This document shows positions 56,601 to 64,000 of a DNA stretch of 64,000 nt, one piece after another. The DNA comes from a virus, in IMG/VR virus record IMGVR_UViG_3300042375_000684. One strand, given 5' to 3'. The first letter of the stretch is position 1. Each line of letters starts with the position of its first letter. The notes beneath the pieces were generated by a model. The model had not been told where the DNA came from and did no database searches. It was given only the letters and a program-made list of their open reading frames with translations. A program made the position numbers and the translations under genes.

Positions 56601-57739
56601 TTCAAGGTGTTCAAGGGCAATCTGGTTCCGCAGTATTACAAGGTTTCCAGGGACTTCAAGGTACCGATGGTTTGTTTGCAGGACAAGGTATTCAAGGTCG
56701 CCAAGGTGTCCAAGGCCAATCTGGATCTGCTGTTGCTCAAGGTTTCCAGGGACTTCAAGGTACTTCAGGCTCTGCTGTTGCACAAGGTTATCAAGGTATA
56801 CAAGGACAGTCTGGATCTGCTGTAGCCCAAGGTTTCCAGGGACTTCAAGGTACTTCAGGGCAAAGTTTCAACCAAGGCTTACAAGGTGTTCAAGGACAAT
56901 CTGGTAATGCGGTTGCTCAAGGTTTCCAAGGACTTCAAGGTACTTCTGGTCAAAGCTTTAATCAAGGTCTCCAAGGTATTCAGGGTGTTCAGGGCGGCGG
57001 AGGTGTTATTGGTAACCAAGGTCTACAAGGTCGCCAAGGTGTCCAAGGAACTATTGGTGGTCAAGGTATTCAAGGTCTTTCAGGTGTAAGTTTCAACCAA
57101 GGTCTCCAAGGTCTACAAGGTCGCCAAGGTGTACAAGGAACTATTGGTGGTCAAGGTCTTTCAGGTGTTGGTGCTAACGGTTCACAGGGTATCCAAGGTA
57201 TCCAAGGTATTCAAGGTCGCCAAGGTATTCAGGGTACTTTAGGTCTGCAAGGTATAACAGGAGTTGGGTCACAAGGTATTCAAGGGATCTTTGGTATCCA
57301 AGGTATTCAAGGTACTACAGGTGTTACTGCCGACCAAACAGTAAATACTTCGAGTAACGTACGATTTAACAGTCTTGGGGTAGGAACTACCGCATCTGGA
57401 ACTGCAGGTGAAATTAGAGCAACTAATAATATTACTGCTTATTATTCCGATGATAGACTTAAAACTAGACTTGGGTTAATTGAAAATGCACTTGAAAAAG
57501 TTAAAACACTTGATGGTTTCTATTATGAAGCAAATGAAATTGCTCAGAGAATGGGTTACAAACCAATAAGAGAAGTCGGTATTTCTGCTCAGAAAGTGAA
57601 AGAAATTTTACCAGAAATTGTTGCTCCAGCTCCAATTGATGAAAGATATCTGACTGTAAGATATGAAAAAATAGTTCCACTTCTAATTGAAGCAATTAAA
57701 GAACTATCTGTAAAAATTGAAAGTCTGGAAGGGAAATAA
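53675..57739 (+). CDS. collagen-like (Gly-X-Gln) long fibre with a C-terminal S74 chaperone
   Basis: Hundreds of GIQ/GTQ/GPQ/GLQ/GVQ triplets; C-terminal YYSDDRLKT...VGISAQKVKEILPEIV...TVRYEKIVPLLIEAIKEL. Confidence 0.9.
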   Translation: MAFRTIRGKTSLLGQGSKLETPINLDPQNFEGAIVYGDDTFVYYSNGTLWIRLNEGLQGLQGLQGIQGLQGFQGLQGIPGQGLQGLQGYQGIQGIQGQVGQGIQGIQGPQGIQGEQGTQGIQGPQGIQGQQGIQGTQGIIGPQGLQGSQGVQGNQGIQGQQGIQGSTGEQGIQGLVGQQGLQGIQGSIGIQGIQGAQGIQGTQGIQGTQGTQGEQGIQGTQGEQGIQGIQGTIGPQGIQGTQGNQGTQGVQGTQGNQGTQGVQGTQGIQGTQGPQGIQGLVGQQGLQGIQGSIGTQGIQGTQGTQGIQGPQGTQGVQGIQGYQGIQGSQGIQGPQGTQGVQGTQGRQGLQGTYGPSLTIIGSVLDVSNYTPPDDEQDVLNTAFNTAVAGNGVIDQASGNLWVYDGVNWNNVGQIQGPQGAQGTQGITGSGIQGIIGSQGIQGNQGIQGPQGTQGTQGIQGPQGIQGPQGIQGSIGIQGIQGPQGIQGTQGTQGIQGSIGSQGIQGSIGFQGIQGTQGEQGVQGIQGLIGTQGIQGPQGIQGTQGRQGIQGLFGIQGNQGIQGNQGIQGLFGIQGIQGIQGSIGIQGIQGPQGIQGSQGIQGIQGSIGAQGIQGTQGIQGTQGIIGSQGIQGNQGIQGPQGIQGAQGIIGSQGIQGTQGTQGIQGQVGQGIQGLQGPQGQQGVQGTQGPQGTQGVQGQIGQQGIQGSQGVQGIQGILGNQGIQGISGFVGAVGSQGVQGIQGLFGNQGIQGRQGIIGPIGVQGLRGAQGVQGTQGTQGVQGLQGLVGQGIQGLQGVQGTFGPALTVIGSISVASDAALKIAFPSAVSGNAVIETSTGKLWVYDGVNWSEVGQFVGAQGIQGRQGVQGIQGLVGQGIQGIQGPQGTQGLQGVQGIQGSTGSQGRQGVQGIQGLVGQGLQGLQGRQGIQGVPGSFAAQGIQGVQGISGQSFNQGLQGVQGTQGRQGFQGISGQSFNQGVQGVQGQSGSAVLQGFQGLQGTDGLFAGQGIQGRQGVQGQSGSAVAQGFQGLQGTSGSAVAQGYQGIQGQSGSAVAQGFQGLQGTSGQSFNQGLQGVQGQSGNAVAQGFQGLQGTSGQSFNQGLQGIQGVQGGGGVIGNQGLQGRQGVQGTIGGQGIQGLSGVSFNQGLQGLQGRQGVQGTIGGQGLSGVGANGSQGIQGIQGIQGRQGIQGTLGLQGITGVGSQGIQGIFGIQGIQGTTGVTADQTVNTSSNVRFNSLGVGTTASGTAGEIRATNNITAYYSDDRLKTRLGLIENALEKVKTLDGFYYEANEIAQRMGYKPIREVGISAQKVKEILPEIVAPAPIDERYLTVRYEKIVPLLIEAIKELSVKIESLEGK
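53840..57322 (+). repeat. degenerate 9-bp tandem repeat array (GGT ATT CAA / GGN ACT CAR) encoding Gly-X-Gln
   Basis: Visible directly in the DNA; interrupted by two non-collagen nodes at ~54725-54918 and ~56064-56240. Confidence 0.92.
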
Positions 57740-57742
57740 GTA

Positions 57743-58783
57743 ATGACCCTTCCACTATTTCCTAACGGAATATCAACAAATCAAATGAATGTCGAGTTGG
57801 CAAGAACTGACACGACAACTCTGACTATGAATGAAAATATTGTTCGGGATATGCTGGCAGGAGATACGCCAAATCTTGCGGCAGCACCATATGCAAATTT
57901 ATCACAAATATCATTTTCGGATGGACACGGAAAAGATGCACCATTTAGAGCATCAATTTCTACTAATGCAAATGATGTTAATGTTAGAACATATTTAATA
58001 GGACTTGGATGGGATCAAGCTAAAAGAGTTGTATTAACAATAGATTCGGGTATTACGGTATCAACAACCAGTTCAGGTGCAGGTTTTTATGCCCTTACAG
58101 TTTCTGGCTCATTTCCTAAAGGTATTCGTATTGTTAATAACGGTACTATAGCAGGAAAAGGCGGTCCTGGTGGAAATGGTGGTGGTTCTCCAGCAACAAA
58201 TTCAACATCATTACGAGGTACTGCTGGAGGTTCTGGAGGTGCTGCATTATATGCTAGCACTGCGGTGACTGTTATTAATAATGGTACTATAGCTGGTGGT
58301 GGCGGCGGCGGCGGCGGCAGTGCTGGTGTATATGCTGTTATGACTGCAAATGCTAAAAAGTTATGGGCCGGGGGTCCTGGCGGTGGAGGTGGTGCAGGCG
58401 GCACTGGAGGTACTGGAGGTACTCGCGGCACAACAACATGGCAATCTCCTATTATTCCTGCAATAACATATCCGACAAATGGTTCTAGTGGCACTGCCAC
58501 AGCAGGAGGAAGTGGTGGTGATGGTGGTAACTATGCATTTAATGATGGATCCGGTGGTAGCGGCGGGTTGATCTGGTCAAATCCACCAAATGGTGGTAGC
58601 GGTGGGGCTTTGGGCAGTGCCGGAACAAGTGGAAATTCTGCAGGCGGGGCATTTGGTTCCGCGACTATTGTTAATGGATCTGCAGGCGGCGCTGGTGGAG
58701 CTGCAGGTCTTGCAGTTAAAGGGTCAAATTATGTTACTTTTTCTACATTAGGAACTGTAGCAGGCGGGACAGAAACAGTTTAA
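57743..58783 (+). CDS. glycine-rich adhesin (T2/T6 gp38-like polyglycine sandwich)
   Basis: Two I.NNGTIAG(K/G)GG motifs followed by GG-rich segments with variable loops; follows an S74 fibre. Confidence 0.75.
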   Translation: MTLPLFPNGISTNQMNVELARTDTTTLTMNENIVRDMLAGDTPNLAAAPYANLSQISFSDGHGKDAPFRASISTNANDVNVRTYLIGLGWDQAKRVVLTIDSGITVSTTSSGAGFYALTVSGSFPKGIRIVNNGTIAGKGGPGGNGGGSPATNSTSLRGTAGGSGGAALYASTAVTVINNGTIAGGGGGGGGSAGVYAVMTANAKKLWAGGPGGGGGAGGTGGTGGTRGTTTWQSPIIPAITYPTNGSSGTATAGGSGGDGGNYAFNDGSGGSGGLIWSNPPNGGSGGALGSAGTSGNSAGGAFGSATIVNGSAGGAGGAAGLAVKGSNYVTFSTLGTVAGGTETV

Positions 58784-58795
58784 TAGGAAAACAAC

Positions 58796-59236
58796 ATGCA
58801 AATCAAATATACATATAAAGTATTAAATGTTGATACAAATGGAAGAACTATGGAAGTTAAATATACATCACCAACTCATGGTGATATGAATGTATATACA
58901 AGAATTCCATATGAAGGTGAAACTTTAGAAGCTGTAATAGTCCAATATTCACCTGTTGCATATTGGATAGAAAAAGATGCAGTAGTTCAAACTATAGATG
59001 TTGCAGCTGCATTCGGTGCAATTGATTATTCTGATGAACCTACATTGGAAGAGCGCTCAGGACAAATGAGAGCAATCCGTAATCAACTGCTTCTTCTTTG
59101 TGACTATACACAACTTCCAGATGCACCTGCTTCGATCAATAAAGAAGCTTGGTCACTATATCGTCAAGAATTAAGAGATGTGACATCACAAGCTGGTTTC
59201 CCAGACAATATTGTATGGCCGACACCGCCTCAGTAA
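58796..59236 (+). CDS. tail fibre assembly chaperone
   Basis: R..RNQLL..CDYTQLPDAP...W..YRQELRD...Q.GFP..I.WP..P. Confidence 0.88.
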   Translation: MQIKYTYKVLNVDTNGRTMEVKYTSPTHGDMNVYTRIPYEGETLEAVIVQYSPVAYWIEKDAVVQTIDVAAAFGAIDYSDEPTLEERSGQMRAIRNQLLLLCDYTQLPDAPASINKEAWSLYRQELRDVTSQAGFPDNIVWPTPPQ

Positions 59237-59244
59237 TATAAATA
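59237..59244 (+). promoter_or_regulatory. late promoter for the RCC1 operon
   Basis: TATAAATA 36 nt before 59281. Confidence 0.8.
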
Positions 59245-59280
59245 CTTGTATAGCCGAGTACTCATGAAAGGGGCGCGAAG

Positions 59281-59535
59281 ATGGCAATCAAGATTCAAGG
59301 CACTACGATCATCAATGATCAAACTGCTTACATAGATTTAGCTGGAACTACAGCAGTCAAAGTTCCTGCGGGAACAACTGGTCAGCAACCAACTGGTGTT
59401 CTAGGTCAGTTGCGCTACAATACTACAACAAATTCGTTTGAAGGTTATAGTAATGCTGGTTGGGGTTCCATTGGCGGCGGTGGCGGAGCAGGTACTGATG
59501 AATTTGCAAGAACAATAGCATTTTTAGGATTATAA
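59281..59535 (+). CDS. small fibre-module protein
   Basis: PAGTT.Q.P...GQLRYNTT...FEGY...W module common in phage fibres. Confidence 0.65.
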   Translation: MAIKIQGTTIINDQTAYIDLAGTTAVKVPAGTTGQQPTGVLGQLRYNTTTNSFEGYSNAGWGSIGGGGGAGTDEFARTIAFLGL

Positions 59536-59536
59536 T

Positions 59537-60862
59537 ATGATACCTGTAAATAGTCTCATTACAAAATTAAATTCTGCTATAGCAACTGGTGGATTGACTA
59601 GTCTTGAATTAGCACAAGTTTTTGGTGCAATAGAATCAATAGAAAAAAGTGGTATAGGAGTTGTTACTGCAACTTTAAATTTACCGCCTGCTGCCAATAA
59701 TAAAGGTAGATTTGTATACATCACTTCTGAAAGTAAATATGTATATAGCAATGGTATTACTTGGGACATTAATAATATACTTAGATTTCCAGATGCCAAT
59801 GGATATGCATGGGGCACCGCTGTCTATGGTAGACTTGGCGATGGTACTACTGTTGCTAAATCATCACCTGTTTCTGTAATAGGTGGTTTTACAGATTGGG
59901 TTCAACTAAATGCTGGCTCTCAACATAGTTTTGGTATTCGTGCAAATGGGACTGCATGGGCGTGGGGTGCCGCCACCTCGGGAAAACTAGGTGATGGAAC
60001 AACTGTTTCTAAATCATCTCCTGTATCGGTTGCAGGTGGGTACACTGATTGGGTTCAAGTAAGTGCAGGTGCCACACATAGTCTTGGCTTAAGAGCAAAT
60101 GGGACTGCGTGGGCATGGGGCGCTGGTACAAACGGAAGACTTGGTGACAACACTGCAGTAGCAAAATCGGCTCCTGTATCGGTTGCAGGTGGTTTTATAG
60201 ATTGGGTGCAAGTAAGTGCTGGCGCCATTCATAGTCTCGGTGTAAGAGCAAATGGAACCGCATGGGCTTGGGGTTCTGGTGCAAGTGGTATTTTGGGGGA
60301 CAATACCACAGTATCCAAATCGTCTCCAGTTTTGGTGGTAGGTGGCTTTACAGATTGGATTCAAGTAAGTGCTGGTGCCACACATAGTCTTGGCTTAAGA
60401 GCAAATGGAACTGCTTGGGCATGGGGGCCGAGCACAAATGGCAGACTTGGTGATGGAACAATAGTTTCTAAATTGTCTCCAGTTTCAGTGGTAGGTGGTT
60501 TTACGGATTGGATTCAAGTAAGTGCGGGCGGCTTGAGCAGCGGGCATAGTGTCGGTCTTCGAGCTAATGGAACTGCTTGGGCATGGGGTTATAATACTAA
60601 CGGTCAATTAGGTGATGGTACGGTTTCATCTAGAACATCACCAGTATCTGTAGTTGGTGGTTTTACAGATTGGGTTCAAGTAAATGCCGGGACCTCTAAT
60701 AGTGTCGGTCTTCGAGCTAATGGAACTGCTTGGGCTTGGGGTGCTGCTATTTTAGGTGACAACACGGCAGTAGGTAAATTGTCTCCAGTATCTATAGTGG
60801 GATCCCTCAATTGGGTTCAAATAAGCACAAATGTTGCCCATATGTTAGGAATTAAAGCATGA
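59537..60862 (+). CDS. RCC1/BLIP-II-repeat beta-propeller 1 (7 repeats)
   Basis: Seven ~51-aa repeats ANGTAWAWG....G.LGDGT.VSKSSPVSVVGGFTDWVQVSAG..HSLGLR. Confidence 0.92.
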   Translation: MIPVNSLITKLNSAIATGGLTSLELAQVFGAIESIEKSGIGVVTATLNLPPAANNKGRFVYITSESKYVYSNGITWDINNILRFPDANGYAWGTAVYGRLGDGTTVAKSSPVSVIGGFTDWVQLNAGSQHSFGIRANGTAWAWGAATSGKLGDGTTVSKSSPVSVAGGYTDWVQVSAGATHSLGLRANGTAWAWGAGTNGRLGDNTAVAKSAPVSVAGGFIDWVQVSAGAIHSLGVRANGTAWAWGSGASGILGDNTTVSKSSPVLVVGGFTDWIQVSAGATHSLGLRANGTAWAWGPSTNGRLGDGTIVSKLSPVSVVGGFTDWIQVSAGGLSSGHSVGLRANGTAWAWGYNTNGQLGDGTVSSRTSPVSVVGGFTDWVQVNAGTSNSVGLRANGTAWAWGAAILGDNTAVGKLSPVSIVGSLNWVQISTNVAHMLGIKA

Positions 60863-62193
60863 CAGCAATATTAAATATTATTGAAATTATAGTAGATAAA
60901 ATTACTAATTCTACAACAGAACAAGAATTTCTATTCCTTTCTAAGATTATAGAAAAATTAAATGTAAATAAAGTAAAAACTGTAACTTTATATACAGATA
61001 TGTTTGATGATTCTTATACATATGGTGATCTGTATTTTGTAGAAACTGAAAATTCTCTATATTATAGTTTTGGCCCTAATAGACTTAAGGTAGTAGAAGG
61101 AAGTCCAAGTCTATTCTCATTTGGCGAAAATGGATCTGGACAATTAGGCGATAATACCGGTATAGGAAAGCAATCACCAGTTTCAGTAGTTGGTGGTTTT
61201 ACAGATTGGATTTATTCGAGTTCTGGATTTAGTCATAATCATGTAATTAGATCTAATGGTACTTTATGGGGTTGGGGATATAACGGCAACGGCCGAATAG
61301 GTGACAATACTGTTACAGTTAGATCATCACCTGTATCTGTTGTAGGTGGTTTTACAGATTGGACAGAAGTAAGTGCTGGAAATGCATTTTCTCTAGGTTT
61401 AAGAGCAAACGGAACTGCCTGGGCCTGGGGTAATAATACTAGGGGCCAATTAGGTGATGAAACAATAGTTTCTAAATTATCTCCTGTATCTGTAGTCGGT
61501 GGTTATGTTGATTGGATTCAAGTAAGTGCTGGGCCAGCCTCATTCCCGCATAGTGTAGGTTTAAGAGCAAACGGAACTGCCTGGTCCTGGGGTAATAATG
61601 GTAACGGACAGCTTGGAGATAACACTTTAGTATCCAAATCTTCCCCTGTATCGGTTGTAGGTGGTTTTACAGATTGGACACAAGTAAGCGCCGGAGGTTA
61701 CCATAGTTTGGGAATTAGAGAAAATGGAACTGCGTGGGCGTGGGGAGCGAACACAAATGGAAGACTTGGTGATAATACTACAGTAGGTAAATCGTCTCCA
61801 GTGTCAGTAGTTGGTGGGTACACTGATTGGGTTCAAGTAAGTGCAGGTGATCGTCATAATCTCGGTATAAGAGCAAATGGAACTGCTTGGGCATGGGGTT
61901 ATAATCTATATGGAAGACTTGGCGATGGAACGACTGTTTCTAAATCATCTCCTGTGTCAGTTGTAGGTGGTTTTACAGATTGGGTTCAAGTAAGTGCTAA
62001 TATACATAGTGTAGGATTAAGATTAAATGGTACAGCATGGGGCTGGGGTGGAAATGGTAGTGGCCGCTTAGGTGATGGTACTGTTACTAGTAGATTATCA
62101 CCAGCATCTGTCATTGGTGGATTTGGCAATTTTAATGATTGGGTTCAACTAAATGCTGGTGGTGCATTTAGTGTCGGTATAAGAACATTATAA
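60859..62193 (+). CDS. RCC1/BLIP-II-repeat beta-propeller 2 (7 repeats)
   Basis: Same consensus, seven repeats, after a helical N-terminus. Confidence 0.92.
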   Translation: MTAILNIIEIIVDKITNSTTEQEFLFLSKIIEKLNVNKVKTVTLYTDMFDDSYTYGDLYFVETENSLYYSFGPNRLKVVEGSPSLFSFGENGSGQLGDNTGIGKQSPVSVVGGFTDWIYSSSGFSHNHVIRSNGTLWGWGYNGNGRIGDNTVTVRSSPVSVVGGFTDWTEVSAGNAFSLGLRANGTAWAWGNNTRGQLGDETIVSKLSPVSVVGGYVDWIQVSAGPASFPHSVGLRANGTAWSWGNNGNGQLGDNTLVSKSSPVSVVGGFTDWTQVSAGGYHSLGIRENGTAWAWGANTNGRLGDNTTVGKSSPVSVVGGYTDWVQVSAGDRHNLGIRANGTAWAWGYNLYGRLGDGTTVSKSSPVSVVGGFTDWVQVSANIHSVGLRLNGTAWGWGGNGSGRLGDGTVTSRLSPASVIGGFGNFNDWVQLNAGGAFSVGIRTL

Positions 62194-62210
62194 TATAAGG
62201 ATTAAGTAAT

Positions 62211-62849
62211 ATGTCATATGGAATAGTACACAAAAATAGAGTAGTTGTAGGACCAATGGCTTGGTCCCAAAAGTATTTTACATCAGCTCTTAAAATTCGT
62301 CATAAAATAGATGCAAATATACCTGGCATTGAACCAGAAATATTGCCATATGTAATTGACAATGATACTAAAATTCATAGAGTTGTCGAAAATAGACCAG
62401 AATTAAATACTATGATTCATTATTATTATGGCCCAATTTGGGATTTTTCTAATGATATTATAATTGCAAATTATGAAGTAAAAGATATTTCTATTGAAGT
62501 TGCAAAAGATAATTTTAGATCGGTATTGGCATCTGAAAGATACAAAAAAGAAATTTCAAATACTAAATTGACTTTACAAAATCTTGAAATAACCATTGAT
62601 ACCTCCCGAGAAAGAAGAAATGTATACATACAAAAGTTTTTAACTATGAATGATGGTGAAGTAATAAATTGGAAATTTTCCGAAGGTTGGTTAACTATAT
62701 CTAAAGAAGAATTAAGTATTATAGCTAAAGCATGTGCAGATTATATTCAAGATACATTTAATTGGGAAAAGTCATTAAATGAGCAAATTGATTCTTGCTT
62801 AACTACTGAAGAACTTTTAAATTTAGATTTTATTAACAAATTGGCTTAA
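62211..62849 (+). CDS. DUF4376-like fibre-associated protein
   Basis: A.ERYKKE, IDTSRE, NWK....W...EEL..I and F.WE..L...ID...T.EEL. Confidence 0.7.
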   Translation: MSYGIVHKNRVVVGPMAWSQKYFTSALKIRHKIDANIPGIEPEILPYVIDNDTKIHRVVENRPELNTMIHYYYGPIWDFSNDIIIANYEVKDISIEVAKDNFRSVLASERYKKEISNTKLTLQNLEITIDTSRERRNVYIQKFLTMNDGEVINWKFSEGWLTISKEELSIIAKACADYIQDTFNWEKSLNEQIDSCLTTEELLNLDFINKLA

Positions 62850-62854
62850 GTATA

Positions 62855-64000
62855 ATGGTATCAATAGTTAAAACAAATGCTGTAACAGAATTAGGTACAT
62901 TAATAAGTGGATTATCTCTTTCTACCGAGACAACCAGTGAATTAGTTTTAATCCTAAAGACTGCATCTTTGGGTGATGTAGATTCTTCAACAATAAAAAC
63001 AGAATTATTATCTAGATTAAATTCTGCTAATACTGCTACTAGTTTGGAAGAAATTGCTACATTAACAGCAGCTCTTCATCTTATAACTGAAAATAGAACA
63101 ATTTTTGTAACAGATTTAACAGATTTAACTTTATTACAAGTAGATCCAGGTACAGTTGTTTTTGTTATAAATGAAAATTTACCATATGTTTATAGAAGTG
63201 ATGATACTTGGGTTTTACTATTTCCAACATTGCAAAATCCAAAACCTTTAAATAATCTTTGGACTTGGGGTACGAATACTAACGGACAGTTGGGTGATGC
63301 AACAACAGTTTCTAAATCATCTCCGGTATCTGTAGTCGGTGATTATGTTGATTGGGTTCAAGTAGAAGCATTATCTTCTCATACTGTTGCTTTAAGAGCA
63401 AATGGAACCGCTTGGGCTTGGGGTCTTAATGATACAGGGCAACTAGGTGATGGAACTACAGTTTCTAAATCATCTCCTGTATCTGTAGTCGGCGGTTTTA
63501 GTGATTGGACCCAACTTAGTGGTGGATTTAAACACAGTTTAGGATTAAGAGGAAATGGAACATTATGGGCATGGGGTTATAATTTTGCTGGAGAACTTGG
63601 AGATGGTACTACAGTAGATAAATCATCACCAGTTTCAGTTGTAGGTGGTTTCACTAATTGGACACAAGTAAGTTCAGGGCAGAGACATATTGTAGCTCTC
63701 AGAGCAAATGGGACCGCATGGGGTTGGGGTGATAATTCATTCGGAAGAATTGGTGATGGTACTACAGCAAATAGTTCGTCACCTGTATCAGTAGTAGGTG
63801 GATTTACTAATTGGATACAAGTAAGTGGCGGTGGGGTACACAGTTTGGGTGTCCAAGCAAACGGAACTGCTTGGGCTTGGGGTGGTAATTCAGCTGGTTC
63901 GTTAGGAGACGGTACAACAACAAATACATCATCCCCAGTATCAGTTGTTGGTGGTTTTACTGATTGGACACAAGTAAGTGCTGGAAGTAATCATAGTTTA
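62855..64000 (+). CDS. RCC1/BLIP-II-repeat beta-propeller 3, partial; runs off the right edge
   Basis: Manual translation from ATG 62855 (MVSIVKTNAVTELG...); five repeats up to the window end; absent from the ORF track. Confidence 0.9.
   Translation, partial: MVSIVKTNAVTELGTLISGLSLSTETTSELVLILKTASLGDVDSSTIKTELLSRLNSANTATSLEEIATLTAALHLITENRTIFVTDLTDLTLLQVDPGTVVFVINENLPYVYRSDDTWVLLFPTLQNPKPLNNLWTWGTNTNGQLGDATTVSKSSPVSVVGDYVDWVQVEALSSHTVALRANGTAWAWGLNDTGQLGDGTTVSKSSPVSVVGGFSDWTQLSGGFKHSLGLRGNGTLWAWGYNFAGELGDGTTVDKSSPVSVVGGFTNWTQVSSGQRHIVALRANGTAWGWGDNSFGRIGDGTTANSSSPVSVVGGFTNWIQVSGGGVHSLGVQANGTAWAWGGNSAGSLGDGTTTNTSSPVSVVGGFTDWTQVSAGSNHSL

Noticed and set aside
53840-57322. Collagen DNA repeats as a CRISPR array or satellite
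   Set aside because: They are in-frame 9-bp degenerate units without unique spacers and encode Gly-X-Gln.
862-62849. Many short ORF-track entries antisense or out of frame to assigned genes (e.g. 862-1098, 5762-6085, 27016-27744, 53826-57089, 58087-58500)
   Set aside because: They are shadows of real genes; those over the collagen, tape measure and glycine-rich genes stay open only because of repeat codon bias.
59800-64000. 153-bp RCC1 repeats as CRISPR or DGR template/variable repeats
   Set aside because: All copies are coding, differences are not visibly adenine-specific, and no cas or reverse transcriptase gene is in the window.
1-64000. Stop-codon reassignment, introns, inteins, tRNA genes
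   Set aside because: Core genes have the expected lengths under the standard code, and no cloverleaf or splicing signatures were recognised by eye. A tRNAscan-SE/Infernal run would be needed to exclude them formally.

Overview
This window is a 64-kb, AT-rich segment of a large T4-like (Straboviridae-type) myophage genome. The host is probably a proteobacterium, possibly an alphaproteobacterium; that is inference only. (1) 1-3.9 kb: leftward early genes behind three similar sigma70 promoters, including a CCA-adding tRNA nucleotidyltransferase (cut by the window edge, absent from the ORF track) and a cyclic-phosphate-processing receiver domain. (2) 4-12.8 kb: gp3, uvsY, uvsW, gp55, gp47, gp46, gp43. 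(3) 12.8-21.6 kb: an island between gp43 and gp45 with a TAGT/GREB1-like glycosyltransferase and two paralogous partner proteins, an NDP-sugar epimerase, a UDP-glucose dehydrogenase, GT-B and GT-A glycosyltransferases, an amino-methyltransferase, dCMP deaminase, two MazG-like pyrophosphatases, DexA and an inverted HNH/NUMOD3 homing endonuclease. This is the best candidate for an undescribed DNA (or virion) glycosylation system. (4) 21.7-26 kb: gp45, gp44, gp62, regA, dUTPase and hsp20 with a ROSE-like leader. (5) 26-64 kb: tail and baseplate genes. gp26 and a start-less gp51-like frame are joined by a T TTT TTT -1 slippery site just upstream of the tape measure gene. gp5 ends in a GH19-like domain and is followed by an M15 peptidase. 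Further on are two S74-chaperoned fibres (one a ~1,160-residue Gly-X-Gln collagen), a gp38-like adhesin and at least three RCC1-repeat propeller genes. No tRNA, rRNA, CRISPR array, intron or intein was seen. All assignments come from motif recognition by eye; no database searches were run.
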